IMG/VR virus record: IMGVR_UViG_3300033512_000218
Location: 1 to 64,000 of that record
Strand: one strand, 5' to 3'
Source: a virus
DNA: 64,000 nucleotides
A model generated the notes under the pieces. That model was not told the DNA's origin and searched no databases. It saw only the letters and a program-made list of their open reading frames with translations. This document shows, piece by piece, positions 21,416 to 31,854 of the stretch; the first letter of the stretch is position 1, and each line of letters opens with the position of its first letter. Position numbers and translations under genes: made by a program.

Positions 21416-22030
21416 TTAATTATATTTAAAACTATGATATAAATCTCCTATTTTAACATTTTCTACTATTCCTGTTATTTTATTTCGTACTGTTATAGTT
21501 GTATCGTATTTTACGCACTCATCAATAACAAGTAGTGATAATGCTTCTGACCTACCAGCATCTTCCGTCATTGGAACAGCTTTAACGTGTGAACCTGTTG
21601 CAAATTCTATTTCTGTTTTGTTGAAACTCCTTAAAACATATAAATCTCTTAACCATTTAGGAAGATTTTCATACATTACTCTTATTTTAGTAATAAGGTT
21701 TTGTGCAACGAGCATTTTAATAGCTACAACCAATACATTTTTATCCTTATGAAATAATATCATCCATAATATATATCCAGCTAATAAGGTTGATATACCC
21801 ATTTGTCGTGCTTTAAGAATGATATTAAATCTATTTTCTGTAACTGTTTTAATTGTATCTTCTTGGAATGGATATAAATTAAATTTTATTCTTCCTTTTA
21901 TAGGATGTTGGATATAACAATAATTTTTCATGAAATGAACTGAATCAGTAATTATTTTTACAAGTTCCTTTCTTATTAGTTCTTTTGTATTATTTTGATT
22001 ATTATCTATTTTTGCTAATTTATTATTCAT
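21416..22030 (-). CDS. terL: terminase large subunit N-terminal half fused to split-intein N fragment
   Basis: LYPFQ, Walker A KARQMGIST, Walker B LLVIDE, then CVKYDT...KIGDLY (33 aa) and stop. Confidence 0.88.
   Translation of the reverse strand: MNNKLAKIDNNQNNTKELIRKELVKIITDSVHFMKNYCYIQHPIKGRIKFNLYPFQEDTIKTVTENRFNIILKARQMGISTLLAGYILWMILFHKDKNVLVVAIKMLVAQNLITKIRVMYENLPKWLRDLYVLRSFNKTEIEFATGSHVKAVPMTEDAGRSEALSLLVIDECVKYDTTITVRNKITGIVENVKIGDLYHSFKYN
21419..21517 (-). mobile_element. atypically short split-intein N fragment (33 aa)
   Basis: Begins with Cys right after DE; CVxxDTxI..KIGDLY resembles AceL-TerL/GOS-TerL IntN. Confidence 0.82.
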
Positions 22031-22056
22031 ATTTTATTTATTTTAAATAAATACAT

Positions 22057-22122
22057 TTTAACATTTATTAACATGAATTAATTTGTATTTTGAAAATAAA
22101 TAGTTTATCTTTGTGGTATAAT
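22057..22122 (+). promoter_or_regulatory. conserved early promoter repeat
   Basis: same 66-bp consensus. Confidence 0.85.
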
Positions 22123-22147
22123 TATTAACAATTAAAACTTAAAAACA

Positions 22148-22390
22148 ATGAGAATAGAATATAAGGACATTATTGATAATTCAGTGGTTGATAGTGATGA
22201 TTATTCATTTAACTATATATTATCCAATACTGATACACAAAAACAGTTGGATAATACTATTTATTTAATTGAAAATTTTTGTGATATTCTTCTACAAAAG
22301 AATATTTTATCAAAGGAAGATATTAAAAAACTTCTGTTCCCTAATAATAATTCAGAATATATTTCAAATTTTAAAATTAACGGAGAATAA
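22148..22390 (+). CDS. hypothetical protein
   Basis: ORF after promoter repeat. Confidence 0.6.
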   Translation: MRIEYKDIIDNSVVDSDDYSFNYILSNTDTQKQLDNTIYLIENFCDILLQKNILSKEDIKKLLFPNNNSEYISNFKINGE

Positions 22391-22396
22391 ATTACC

Positions 22397-22843
22397 ATGA
22401 AAAAAATATATGTTGTATATCAAAATAATAGTTATCCTATAACAGATTGTGAATTTTTCAAGGATATTATTGTTTATAGAAGTTTTCAAGAATTTGAAGA
22501 AGAAGTTTTTATTCCTATTAATGAATATACTATTGAAGAAGAGGATGTTATTATTAATTCATTAACATATAACGAATTTCAACAAACAGAGAAAGAAAAA
22601 AACGATAAAAGAAGTGATATTACCGATGAAGCATGGGCAAAATTCCCAAATCCAATACATCCATATAACGATATGTTAAATGATAGAATATTTAAATGGT
22701 TCTGTTTTGATATTGAGGATTGTATCTTAGGACAAACAACTAATTATCCAACTAAGAAATTAAAAGATTATCCTTTTTTTAACTTTGAGATTTATAAACA
22801 ATATTTTAATGAAGTATTAAATATGGAATCAAAAAAGAAGTGA
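22397..22843 (+). CDS. hypothetical protein, paralog of 28237..28695
   Basis: shared CEFFKD, IPI.EY.I.E, INSLT..EF.Q.EK, DEA...P.PI.PY. Confidence 0.75.
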   Translation: MKKIYVVYQNNSYPITDCEFFKDIIVYRSFQEFEEEVFIPINEYTIEEEDVIINSLTYNEFQQTEKEKNDKRSDITDEAWAKFPNPIHPYNDMLNDRIFKWFCFDIEDCILGQTTNYPTKKLKDYPFFNFEIYKQYFNEVLNMESKKK

Positions 22844-22885
22844 TTATATAGATGAAAAGTATAAGCAATTAAGTTTATAAAAAAT

Positions 22886-22921
22886 AAAAAACAGTTTAAT
22901 TTGATTTTAAACTGTTTTTTT
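22886..22921. terminator. bidirectional intrinsic terminator
   Basis: AAAAAACAGTTTAA-loop-TTAAACTGTTTTTT between convergent genes. Confidence 0.7.
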
Positions 22922-23000
22922 ATTTTCACTATTTATATTTTAGTATATTAACACATAAAATGCACATTAACATTCATTGTGTTAATATGCAAAAGTATAG

Positions 23001-23408
23001 TTAATATATTTGTGTTTTATTTAGTTCCAACAATTTTTTTATATTTTTTGTCGTCCCACTAATTCTATTATTATCTGAATTAAAATCAATTGCTATAAAA
23101 TGACTACACAAATTAATAGCATAATTATCTCTTTCTTTATCAGATTTAAAATCACCTATTATTTTCCATTTTTCTACATTAGTTTTAAATTTATCAGGTA
23201 AATAACGTGGTTGTTCATAGCAATAAAGTATTTGAACATTATTTGTTTTATCCTTTAAATACTCCATAGTCAATGTATCTGCTCCTCTAAAATCACCCAT
23301 TATAAAAGTATAGTTATCATTTAAACAGTTATTTATTTTAGGAATATAATATGATTGAAATACATCAAAAGAAATATTACCATTTCCAAATATATAAACT
23401 ACATTCAT
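23001..23408 (-). CDS. SLOG-family protein
   Basis: IFGNG, GDFRGADTL, ERDNY, SGTTKNI. Confidence 0.65.
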   Translation of the reverse strand: MNVVYIFGNGNISFDVFQSYYIPKINNCLNDNYTFIMGDFRGADTLTMEYLKDKTNNVQILYCYEQPRYLPDKFKTNVEKWKIIGDFKSDKERDNYAINLCSHFIAIDFNSDNNRISGTTKNIKKLLELNKTQIY

Positions 23409-23455
23409 TGTATTTTTTTATTTATTTTATATTACTTAAATAAAATTAAATATTT

Positions 23456-24370
23456 ATGGAAAAGCAATTATTATTAGAAAAATTATTAAGCATACTAAAT
23501 CCTATATCAGATGTTATATTGTTTTTATTTACAACTAAAATAGGAATATTAATAACTGTATTAAGTATTATTATATTTGTGAATTTATACTTATCCAATA
23601 AAATAAAAGAAAGAAAATTATTATTAAATAATAATACTATTTCATTTAAGGACTATATGTCATTAGTATTAAATGAATTACTAATATTATTTGGAAAATT
23701 TGTAACTAACTTTGGTAATATTTTAATATCTCTTATTATATTACTAACTATTGTAGGATTAACAACATCATTATCTACTGTTAATGAATATTTTCAAAAT
23801 ATTCAAAAAATAAAAGAATTAAAACAAGCATTAAAAAACTTAAATGTTAGATATAAAATTGCTACAATAACAGTTATAAATTATAATCCACATTCAAACA
23901 TATCCAAATTACATATAGATTATTATAATTATGATAAAAATATTGTAAATAAACAGGATATAACAATATTAGGTTCTGATATATATTTTTTAACATATGT
24001 TATTAATTTTGAATATTCAATAATTGAAAATAATACAGCTAAAAATATTGCAATTCCATATAAAATATTTAGTGAATGTGTTCCTCAATCGAAAGGAATA
24101 ATATTAAATGTAAATAATAAGAATAATATTCCTTATATATATGAACGTACAAATGAAAGTTTATATGGTATAACAGAGGAAGATTATAATGAACAGTTAA
24201 ACTATATTTTAACCATTGTAAATAATGAAAATGAATCAAAAGAAAGTGGAATTAGAAGTTATTATGCTTCATCACCTCATTATGTTAAATCAATACAATC
24301 AGGAACAAAGTATAGTATTTATATTGAACAAACAGGTGGTTTAACTATAAAAGAAGAAGAAGAATGGTAA
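23456..24370 (+). CDS. membrane-anchored hypothetical protein
   Basis: two N-terminal hydrophobic regions plus soluble domain. Confidence 0.65.
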   Translation: MEKQLLLEKLLSILNPISDVILFLFTTKIGILITVLSIIIFVNLYLSNKIKERKLLLNNNTISFKDYMSLVLNELLILFGKFVTNFGNILISLIILLTIVGLTTSLSTVNEYFQNIQKIKELKQALKNLNVRYKIATITVINYNPHSNISKLHIDYYNYDKNIVNKQDITILGSDIYFLTYVINFEYSIIENNTAKNIAIPYKIFSECVPQSKGIILNVNNKNNIPYIYERTNESLYGITEEDYNEQLNYILTIVNNENESKESGIRSYYASSPHYVKSIQSGTKYSIYIEQTGGLTIKEEEEW

Positions 24371-24372
24371 AC

Positions 24373-24403
24373 AAAAAAGGATAATTTAATAATTATCCTT
24401 TTT
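24373..24403. terminator. bidirectional intrinsic terminator
   Basis: AAAAAAGGATAATT-loop-AATTATCCTTTTT. Confidence 0.7.
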
Positions 24404-24947
24404 ATTTTATTTCAAATAATAATTCAGTACCATTCTGAAGTTTAAGTGTTAAATTATTGATTGTATCATTTCTAACAGGATTATATGAATCACACATACT
24501 AAACTTAATAATATCAATGAAGTATTGATTTCCTTCATATAATTTTCTTTTATTTGGCTTTTTTAATTCATTATTAATATACTTATGGCACATCATATGA
24601 TTTGATACCAATTCATAAACTTTCTCCCAATTAACATTATATTTATCAAATAGATGTTTATATTCATCTATATATTTAAGAGATTTAAATTCATGTCCAA
24701 TATTACTAATTTTAAATCGTACTAATCTACCCATATAATAAATAGGTTTATATTGTGTACTTTCTAATTTACCTAAATCATGAAATATAGCGGATATTAG
24801 TAAATCAATATCACTATTCCAAAATGTACAAACATTATTATAAACTTGAATTATATGATTATAAACACTTCCTTCAGGATGATGTATTGTATCCTGTGTA
24901 CATTTCTTTAATTTTTCTATTATTTCTGTTGGTAGTAAATTTATCAT
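24402..24947 (-). CDS. HD-domain phosphohydrolase (CCA-enzyme HD-like)
   Basis: Q...HHPEGSVYNH, AIFHDLGK, GHE, NHM. Confidence 0.85.
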   Translation of the reverse strand: MINLLPTEIIEKLKKCTQDTIHHPEGSVYNHIIQVYNNVCTFWNSDIDLLISAIFHDLGKLESTQYKPIYYMGRLVRFKISNIGHEFKSLKYIDEYKHLFDKYNVNWEKVYELVSNHMMCHKYINNELKKPNKRKLYEGNQYFIDIIKFSMCDSYNPVRNDTINNLTLKLQNGTELLFEIK

Positions 24948-24963
24948 ACTATATACTTTTTAA

Positions 24964-25029
24964 TTTATAATACAAAGATAAAACATTTATTAAACAAATA
25001 CAAATTAATTCATGTTAATAAATGTTAAA
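24964..25029 (-). promoter_or_regulatory. conserved early promoter repeat
   Basis: same consensus on minus strand. Confidence 0.85.
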
Positions 25030-25393
25030 ATGTTTCATCTAAAATATTTTTATATTCAGGAAAAACAGAATAAATACGAGCTTTATATTTTTCACTTATC
25101 TCGTTTATTTTACCCAATTTCACTAATTCAAAATCAGATTTAAATTCATCTGGAACAGAAAATACATAAGTAGCATAAGATGAACCTTCTTCAAAATCAA
25201 AATCTCTTAAATAATTAGGATGTTGATATAATTCATCTTCTCCATATCCACAATTTCTATTTTCTCCTCCAACACGAGTATCAATATGTATTTCATTATT
25301 TTCAATGGTACAACCTCTAAATCTTGGATAATCGTCTGGATGTTTATCACCTAACATGGGTAAAATAAACAAATAATCATATTCTCCTTTCAT
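25025..25393 (-). CDS. hypothetical phage protein
   Basis: 122-aa ORF (TRVGGENR, HPNY..D.D). Confidence 0.65.
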   Translation of the reverse strand: MKGEYDYLFILPMLGDKHPDDYPRFRGCTIENNEIHIDTRVGGENRNCGYGEDELYQHPNYLRDFDFEEGSSYATYVFSVPDEFKSDFELVKLGKINEISEKYKARIYSVFPEYKNILDETF

Positions 25394-25421
25394 AATAATT
25401 TTTTTATAAATTAAATAAAAA

Positions 25422-25853
25422 TTATTTGATTATTTTAAACTTTAGTGTTCTATTTATTTTTTTAATTAAATCAAAAAATGATTTATCTTTAATATCAGAC
25501 ATATCAGAGTATAAAGATGAATCTATAAAATATATAACAATATCACAATTTTTTATCATTTCATTATATCTCATATATGAATTACGTTTACATTTTGAAT
25601 ATATATTATATAATTTAGTTGTAAATGGAGTAATAACTTTATAAGGAGGAGTATATTCTTCCATATCAATTTCAAATTCTCTACAATATTTTTTAACTAA
25701 TAAATCAATATGTAATCTATCTTCTAATTTATATTCTCCTCTATTTAATATTAACAATCTATCATCTTTAAACCTTTGTTTAAGTTCAAATAAAAAGTCT
25801 TTTATTTGTATTGGATTGTTTATTTGTTTATAACCTGTGATTAATACGTTCAT
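25422..25853 (-). CDS. SLOG-like protein
   Basis: MNVLITGYK...RYNEMIKNCDIVIYF. Confidence 0.45.
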   Translation of the reverse strand: MNVLITGYKQINNPIQIKDFLFELKQRFKDDRLLILNRGEYKLEDRLHIDLLVKKYCREFEIDMEEYTPPYKVITPFTTKLYNIYSKCKRNSYMRYNEMIKNCDIVIYFIDSSLYSDMSDIKDKSFFDLIKKINRTLKFKIIK

Positions 25854-25854
25854 A

Positions 25855-26685
25855 TTATATACTTAATTTAAATTTGTTACAATAAGGAGTTCCTTTATAT
25901 TCACACCAAACACAATTATTTTCATCTGATGTTTGATTAAATTGAATGTTTTTATAATCTCCGTTTTCTTCAAATACAGATAATATAAAATCTTTCAAAT
26001 CATACAATATATTATTATCAATAGGTATATTAGGTTCGTAAATTTCAATATTACTATCTTCCAATGATAATATTATGTAAATTATTTTGATTTTAGTTTC
26101 ATCTATATTTAATATTTTTGATAATAATTTTTTATATAGAAATAATTGTGATAATTTATGTATATCATTTTTTTGTTCTTTAGTCCATTGTTTATTAGAT
26201 GTTTTAATATCGTAAATATAATAGTTACCATCTTTATCTTTAAACAATAAATCCAAATAACTAACAATACCTATATTATTAAATATATTGTTATCACTAA
26301 ATAAAATAGAAAGTGGTTCTCTTATTTCAAATTCATTTGCCACATAATTATAATCATTGTGTATATATGTATTATTAAAAAATATTTTTAATACATTTAT
26401 TGAATTATTATAATATTTTAATAATTCTTCGCTTGTAGTAAACTTTTCTTCAAACTGTTCCTTATCTTTTTTAACATTAGTTTGTAATCTATCCATTAAA
26501 TATGTACTATAATCAAAATTATTTTTATTATTATCAAAATAATATTGAATTGTTTCATGTACACTTGTACCTATTACAGTATTAATAGACGGTTTATGAA
26601 TGGATAATTTATGTATATATGATAATTCATATTGTTTTTTACAATTTAAAAATTGATTAAATTGTGAATAACTTATATATTTCAT
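25855..26685 (-). CDS. PD-(D/E)XK RecB/Cas4-like exonuclease
   Basis: SYSQ...C, GTSVHE, YLDLL, IYDIKTS, CxxC....C. Confidence 0.85.
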   Translation of the reverse strand: MKYISYSQFNQFLNCKKQYELSYIHKLSIHKPSINTVIGTSVHETIQYYFDNNKNNFDYSTYLMDRLQTNVKKDKEQFEEKFTTSEELLKYYNNSINVLKIFFNNTYIHNDYNYVANEFEIREPLSILFSDNNIFNNIGIVSYLDLLFKDKDGNYYIYDIKTSNKQWTKEQKNDIHKLSQLFLYKKLLSKILNIDETKIKIIYIILSLEDSNIEIYEPNIPIDNNILYDLKDFILSVFEENGDYKNIQFNQTSDENNCVWCEYKGTPYCNKFKLSI

Positions 26686-26960
26686 GTTTTTATATTTAAT
26701 GATTTAAAATATTGTTTATTTTCATCAATTATAAATATATAATCCATTGTAGATGAAAATATATCAGATAATACGATAATATTATCTTTTATTGAACTTT
26801 TATAAATATTTATATCAAATATTTTAAAAAAATAATCAATATTATTAAAAATATTATACAACAAACAATCATTTTCATTATTATATATAAAATCCTGTTT
26901 AGTAGGATATTTTATTAAATGAGTGTTTATTATGTTTAAAAAGTATTCTTTATAATTCAT
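26682..26960 (-). CDS. hypothetical protein
   Basis: 92-aa ORF in operon. Confidence 0.55.
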   Translation of the reverse strand: MNYKEYFLNIINTHLIKYPTKQDFIYNNENDCLLYNIFNNIDYFFKIFDINIYKSSIKDNIIVLSDIFSSTMDYIFIIDENKQYFKSLNIKT

Positions 26961-27215
26961 TTATTTTATACTTTTTATAACTTTTGGTTGTATTGAATTT
27001 TTTGTTGGTATTTTTACTTTAAATTCTTCGTTTGTATGTCCACAGTTTTCACATACAAAAACAGGAATAGGATAATAGCTTACTTTTCCATTAGGAGATA
27101 TTGTTTGTGGAACTTGTCTTAATACAAATAATTGTTTAAAATATTCATATCCACAATTTTCACATTTCGTTTCATTTGTTAAACTTAAATCTAAATTTAT
27201 TTCTTGATTATTCAT
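26961..27215 (-). CDS. zinc-ribbon protein
   Basis: two CENCG motifs. Confidence 0.75.
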   Translation of the reverse strand: MNNQEINLDLSLTNETKCENCGYEYFKQLFVLRQVPQTISPNGKVSYYPIPVFVCENCGHTNEEFKVKIPTKNSIQPKVIKSIK

Positions 27216-27250
27216 AATTTTTTAATTTAAATAAATATAAATAATAAAAT

Positions 27251-27259
27251 GTATTTATA
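27251..27259 (+). promoter_or_regulatory. putative late promoter GTATTTATA
   Basis: directly upstream of tail completion gene. Confidence 0.55.
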
Positions 27260-27267
27260 TAAAAAAT

Positions 27268-28167
27268 ATGACAAATAACGCAGAAAATATAAATAATGAT
27301 TTTCAATATAATTTAGGAATTGAACAAATTGATATTTCAATTAAAACATTCTTTGAAAATACTTTAAAGGTTAGAATTACAGAAAGAGATAATATTATAA
27401 ATGTACCTATTCTTTATGGTTCTCCCGAAAAATGGAAAAATATACGTAAAGATGGATTTTTAAGGGATATGAGAAATAGAATTATGGCTCCTATGATAGT
27501 ATATAAAAGAACTTCTATTACAAAAAATAAATCTTTTATGAGGAATATTGATATTAATAAACCAAATATGTTTATAACTAAAATGTCAAAATATAATAAA
27601 GATAATACATACGAACCTCTTAATGTTTTAAATAATAGAAATACTAAAAATGAATTTGTAAATTTAATTGTACCTGATTATATTGATATTACTTATGAAT
27701 TTGTTATGTGGACTAATTATATTTCACAAATGAATGAATTAATTGAAATAATAAGTCCATCTGATGGAAGTTATTGGGGAGATATGAAAACACACAGATT
27801 TTTAGTTTTATTTGATAGTTTTAGTAATACTACTGAAGTAAATGATGGAGATGATAGAATTATACGTTGTAATTTCGATATTACTTTAAAAGGGTTTATA
27901 TTGCCTAATACACTATTAAGAAATATTAAACAAACTAAATCTTATTCTTATGCTACAGTTAATTTTACTGAAAGTGTTGTAACGGAACTTCCAACTAATC
28001 AACAAATAATAAATATTACTGATGGTGATAATATTATTACTAATGACACATATAAGGAATATGAAAGTAATAATGTTAATGATATTATTATACCAGAAGA
28101 AAAAAACTTAAATGATAATAATTATCAATCATTAAAAGATGATTATTTTAAAAGAATGGGAATTTAA
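27268..28167 (+). CDS. tail completion / sheath stabilizer protein (T4 gp15-like)
   Basis: VPILYGSPEKW, PDYIDITYEF..WT.YI.QMNELIE, DRII...F.ITLKG. Confidence 0.7.
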   Translation: MTNNAENINNDFQYNLGIEQIDISIKTFFENTLKVRITERDNIINVPILYGSPEKWKNIRKDGFLRDMRNRIMAPMIVYKRTSITKNKSFMRNIDINKPNMFITKMSKYNKDNTYEPLNVLNNRNTKNEFVNLIVPDYIDITYEFVMWTNYISQMNELIEIISPSDGSYWGDMKTHRFLVLFDSFSNTTEVNDGDDRIIRCNFDITLKGFILPNTLLRNIKQTKSYSYATVNFTESVVTELPTNQQIINITDGDNIITNDTYKEYESNNVNDIIIPEEKNLNDNNYQSLKDDYFKRMGI

Positions 28168-28228
28168 CATTTATTAACACTAATTAATTTGTATTTTGAA
28201 AATAAATAGTTTATCTTTGTGATATAAA
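28163..28228 (+). promoter_or_regulatory. conserved early promoter repeat
   Basis: same consensus. Confidence 0.85.
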
Positions 28229-28236
28229 TTTTAAAA

Positions 28237-28695
28237 ATGAAAAAAACAGTTGTAGTATATAAGGATGAAGATTATTCAATAAACGAGTGTGAATTTTTTA
28301 AAGATTGTATATTATTTGATGAAGATATGATAATTCCAATTACAGAATATAAAATTATTGAGAAAGAGATACCAATTAATTCTCTGACATTAGATGAATT
28401 TAGACAAATAGAGAAGAACAATGAAAAATTACATTGGATAATTATTGATGAGGCATATAAAATATATCCTGACCCAATAACTCCATATGAAAATAAAATT
28501 AGCAATGACAATTTTTCAGATTTTCTATCTAAAATAAGAGATAGTATTAATAATAATACTAAAATTCCATCTTTAAAAAGATACAATTTTTTTGATTTTG
28601 ATTTATATAAATCTTATTTAGATGAATTTGAAAAAAGAGTAAAAATAAGAAACGAATATATAGAACAAAAATATAAAGAGTTTGGATTAAAATAA
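28237..28695 (+). CDS. hypothetical protein, paralog of 22397..22843
   Basis: direct sequence similarity. Confidence 0.75.
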   Translation: MKKTVVVYKDEDYSINECEFFKDCILFDEDMIIPITEYKIIEKEIPINSLTLDEFRQIEKNNEKLHWIIIDEAYKIYPDPITPYENKISNDNFSDFLSKIRDSINNNTKIPSLKRYNFFDFDLYKSYLDEFEKRVKIRNEYIEQKYKEFGLK

Positions 28696-28733
28696 AAACA
28701 AAAATCTACTTAATTTAAAGTAGGTTTTTTAAT

Positions 28734-29183
28734 TTAAAAGTTTTGACATCCATATCCTTTATAATAATTCATATTTATTAATGATTTAGTAGAATTTGCA
28801 TTAACAAGTGAAGTTTTTGAATTATATGAATCAATATAATAATTATCTTCTAATATACAATATTTCATTCTACTCAATACTTCATTACTATTTATTCTAT
28901 CTATATATGTATATTCAGTTTCATCTGGATATTGATTAATTCTACTTACATTTGTAGCAATATTTGTATTAAATTGAGTTTCTATTTCACTTTGAGTTAA
29001 ATATCCATCTATTATTGTTGTATATAATAAACAACTTATTCTTTCATCCATATTTATTAAATTTGGATTATTTGATACTCTTAATAAATGTCGTATTTTA
29101 ATTTCATCATTTGAATAATAATCACTTGCATAAAAAGTAAATATTAAATCTATTGCTGTTAAGTAATCGTTTATATTTGTCAT
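28734..29183 (-). CDS. degenerate RelA/SpoT-type (Mesh1/SAH) HD-fold protein lacking the HD dyad
   Basis: HLLRV...LLYTTIID...YIDRINSN...KYCILEDN aligns by eye to HPLRV...LHDVVED...YI.RI..N...KLADLEDN. Confidence 0.5.
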   Translation of the reverse strand: MTNINDYLTAIDLIFTFYASDYYSNDEIKIRHLLRVSNNPNLINMDERISCLLYTTIIDGYLTQSEIETQFNTNIATNVSRINQYPDETEYTYIDRINSNEVLSRMKYCILEDNYYIDSYNSKTSLVNANSTKSLINMNYYKGYGCQNF

Positions 29184-29206
29184 AGTTATTTTTTATATAA
29201 ATACTA

Positions 29207-29272
29207 TTTAACATTTATTAACACTAATTAATTTGTATTTTGAAAATAAATAGTTTATCTTTGTACTATAAT
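29207..29272 (+). promoter_or_regulatory. conserved early promoter repeat
   Basis: same consensus. Confidence 0.85.
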
Positions 29273-29886
29273 TATTAACAATTAAAAATATATATTATGG
29301 AAAAAATATTAGAAAAATACTGTGCGATTTTTTGTACAGATTTATATGAATTTAAAAATATGACTTTTCAAAATACAGATGATGGTGTATATATTTATAT
29401 AAACAGTGATAAACATTATGATACACCATTTACTGATGAAATTAAATTGGAAACTTTTATATTATCTCTACCTTAATAAATAAAATTAATAAACAATTAA
29501 ATATTAAATTTGATGATGAAATAATACCTTCGGGTAATGGAGAAACATTTGTATTAGATTTAAAACAGGAAATATTTCAGAAATTTAATTTATTAACAAT
29601 TGATACCACAGAATTTATTTGGTACAATTTTCAAATGATTAAAAACTTAAAGAAACAAAAATGAATAATAATAAAAACGAAGACATGAATATTATAGAGC
29701 ATAATTTTACCACAACTGAGGTTATTGCTTTATTCCAGAAGTTAGAAGAAAATAGAAGTCATTACTATGCAGAAGATGCTTGTGATATACTTCCACTTAA
29801 TGAATTTTTAAAATATGAAGGACTTATAGAATAGATTTATTATATACTAAAATATTAATAAAAACTTACTTTAAATAAGTAGGTTT

Positions 29887-31854
29887 TTATATTTTAAACA
29901 TCTTTTGAAAAAATACATCTGTATGTTTAAATTTATCAGCTTTTATCTTTATTACCTCTCCTTCATTAACTGAACTTGTAATAACTTTTTTATCATTAAT
30001 AGTATCATAAATATAATAATCAACTGTATTTTTAGCAAGTATATGATATATTGTAACTTTATCATCTGTTTGTCCTATTCTATGGGCTCTATCTTCGGCT
30101 TGTTCCCTTTCTCCCGGAGTCCAAGGTTGTTCAATAAATAAAACATCACTTGATTTTGTAAGTGTTAAACCAACTCCTCCTGCTTTAATATTTAAAAATA
30201 TTAAATTTATTTTATCAATACTTTGAAAATCATCTACAAATTGTTGTCTTTGAATAATATCAGTTTCACCTGTTATAATAGGAACATAGTAATTAAATTT
30301 ATCGGTATAATATGATTGTAATTCTTTTAAAGCTAATTTATGTACTCCAAATACAATAAGTTTTTTATTAGGATTATTGACATAAAATTCATCAATCCAT
30401 TCTTTTATAAATTTTATTTTTTGTGATATTGTTATCATTTGATATTTCGTTAATAACATAATACCTATTGCATTTATTTTATTTTCAGGTATTAATTCAT
30501 TTTCAGATAATTCTGATAATATAGAACGTAAATATTCTGAATCATTACTATTATGTCGTGTTTCTGTAATAGAAAATATAATATCCTTTAATATTTCACA
30601 TTCGGCATTTTTATATTCATTATAATCATCTAATTCAGTTTCAATAATAATATGATTTTTATCAGGTAATTCTTTTAAAACATCTTCCTTTTTTCTTCTA
30701 ACATAACATACCTTTCTAAGTTCTTCATTTAATTGTAATAGGTTAGTATCTATTAAAACATAATTATTCCAATAATGCCAAAAACCACCTAATTCATTTA
30801 ATTTATTTAAAATAGTTAATTGTGATATAAGTTCATTTGGTTTATTAAGAATAGGTGTTCCTGTTAAACATAATCGTACATCTATTTTTTTTGTTAAATC
30901 TTTTATAGCAATTGTTCTTTTTGCTTTATAATTTTTAAGATAATGACTTTCATCTATAATCACAGATTTAAAATTAATACTTAATAATTTATCACTTAAT
31001 TTTTCAACTATATCATAATTAATAATAACTATATCTGTATCATATACATTATTATCTTGTTTTATTTTTTTATTATCTTTTTTATTTGTAATAGTTTTAA
31101 AATTATCAGCAGAAATAATTGAAGTTGTATATTCTTTTAAACTCCATTTTTCAACTTCTTTTCTCCAATTATATTTTAATGAATTAGGACATATAACAAG
31201 TAAAGGAAAAGTATTTAATTGTATTATTGAAGTTAGTGCCTGAATTGTCTTGCCTAAACCCATTTCGTCACCTAATAACACTCTTTTTTTATCAATGATA
31301 TATTCCACTCCAGATTTCTGAAAAGGTCTTAATTCACCTTTAATTCCTTTAATTTCTATATCACTAATATGTGATTTTGATAAAATTAAATTACTATCTA
31401 ATTTTTTTTTAAAATTTTCAATATAATTATATACAATATCATCTATTTTAAAAATAGGATATAATTTTTCTTCTATTATTGGAATTGTTACAAGTGTAAT
31501 ATCTATTGTCCAATATTTATGTTTATTATTAAATTGACGTGTTGGAATAGATTTAATTAATTCAACTAATTCTGCATTATATTTAAATTCAGTAATTAAT
31601 TTATTATTATCTGATAATTTAAGAAAATTATTTAATTTATTTGTTTCTTCCTTACTGATTAAATTTAATTCATTAAACTTAATATTTTTTAAATCTTTTT
31701 TATGTCGTCTTAATATATGATATAATTGTATTCTATTATCAATTGTTAAACTATTGGTTTCAGTATAATAATTAATAATTGAATTTATTATGGGTTGTTC
31801 ATAAATTGAATTAAATTGTATGTTTTGTATTTCTGTTATAATTGTATTGAACAT
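29887..31854 (-). CDS. SNF2-family helicase (HARP/SMARCAL1-like)
   Basis: GDEMGLGKT, IIDESH, LTGTP, GGVGLTL, QAEDRAHRIGQ. Confidence 0.92.
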   Translation of the reverse strand: MFNTIITEIQNIQFNSIYEQPIINSIINYYTETNSLTIDNRIQLYHILRRHKKDLKNIKFNELNLISKEETNKLNNFLKLSDNNKLITEFKYNAELVELIKSIPTRQFNNKHKYWTIDITLVTIPIIEEKLYPIFKIDDIVYNYIENFKKKLDSNLILSKSHISDIEIKGIKGELRPFQKSGVEYIIDKKRVLLGDEMGLGKTIQALTSIIQLNTFPLLVICPNSLKYNWRKEVEKWSLKEYTTSIISADNFKTITNKKDNKKIKQDNNVYDTDIVIINYDIVEKLSDKLLSINFKSVIIDESHYLKNYKAKRTIAIKDLTKKIDVRLCLTGTPILNKPNELISQLTILNKLNELGGFWHYWNNYVLIDTNLLQLNEELRKVCYVRRKKEDVLKELPDKNHIIIETELDDYNEYKNAECEILKDIIFSITETRHNSNDSEYLRSILSELSENELIPENKINAIGIMLLTKYQMITISQKIKFIKEWIDEFYVNNPNKKLIVFGVHKLALKELQSYYTDKFNYYVPIITGETDIIQRQQFVDDFQSIDKINLIFLNIKAGGVGLTLTKSSDVLFIEQPWTPGEREQAEDRAHRIGQTDDKVTIYHILAKNTVDYYIYDTINDKKVITSSVNEGEVIKIKADKFKHTDVFFQKMFKI

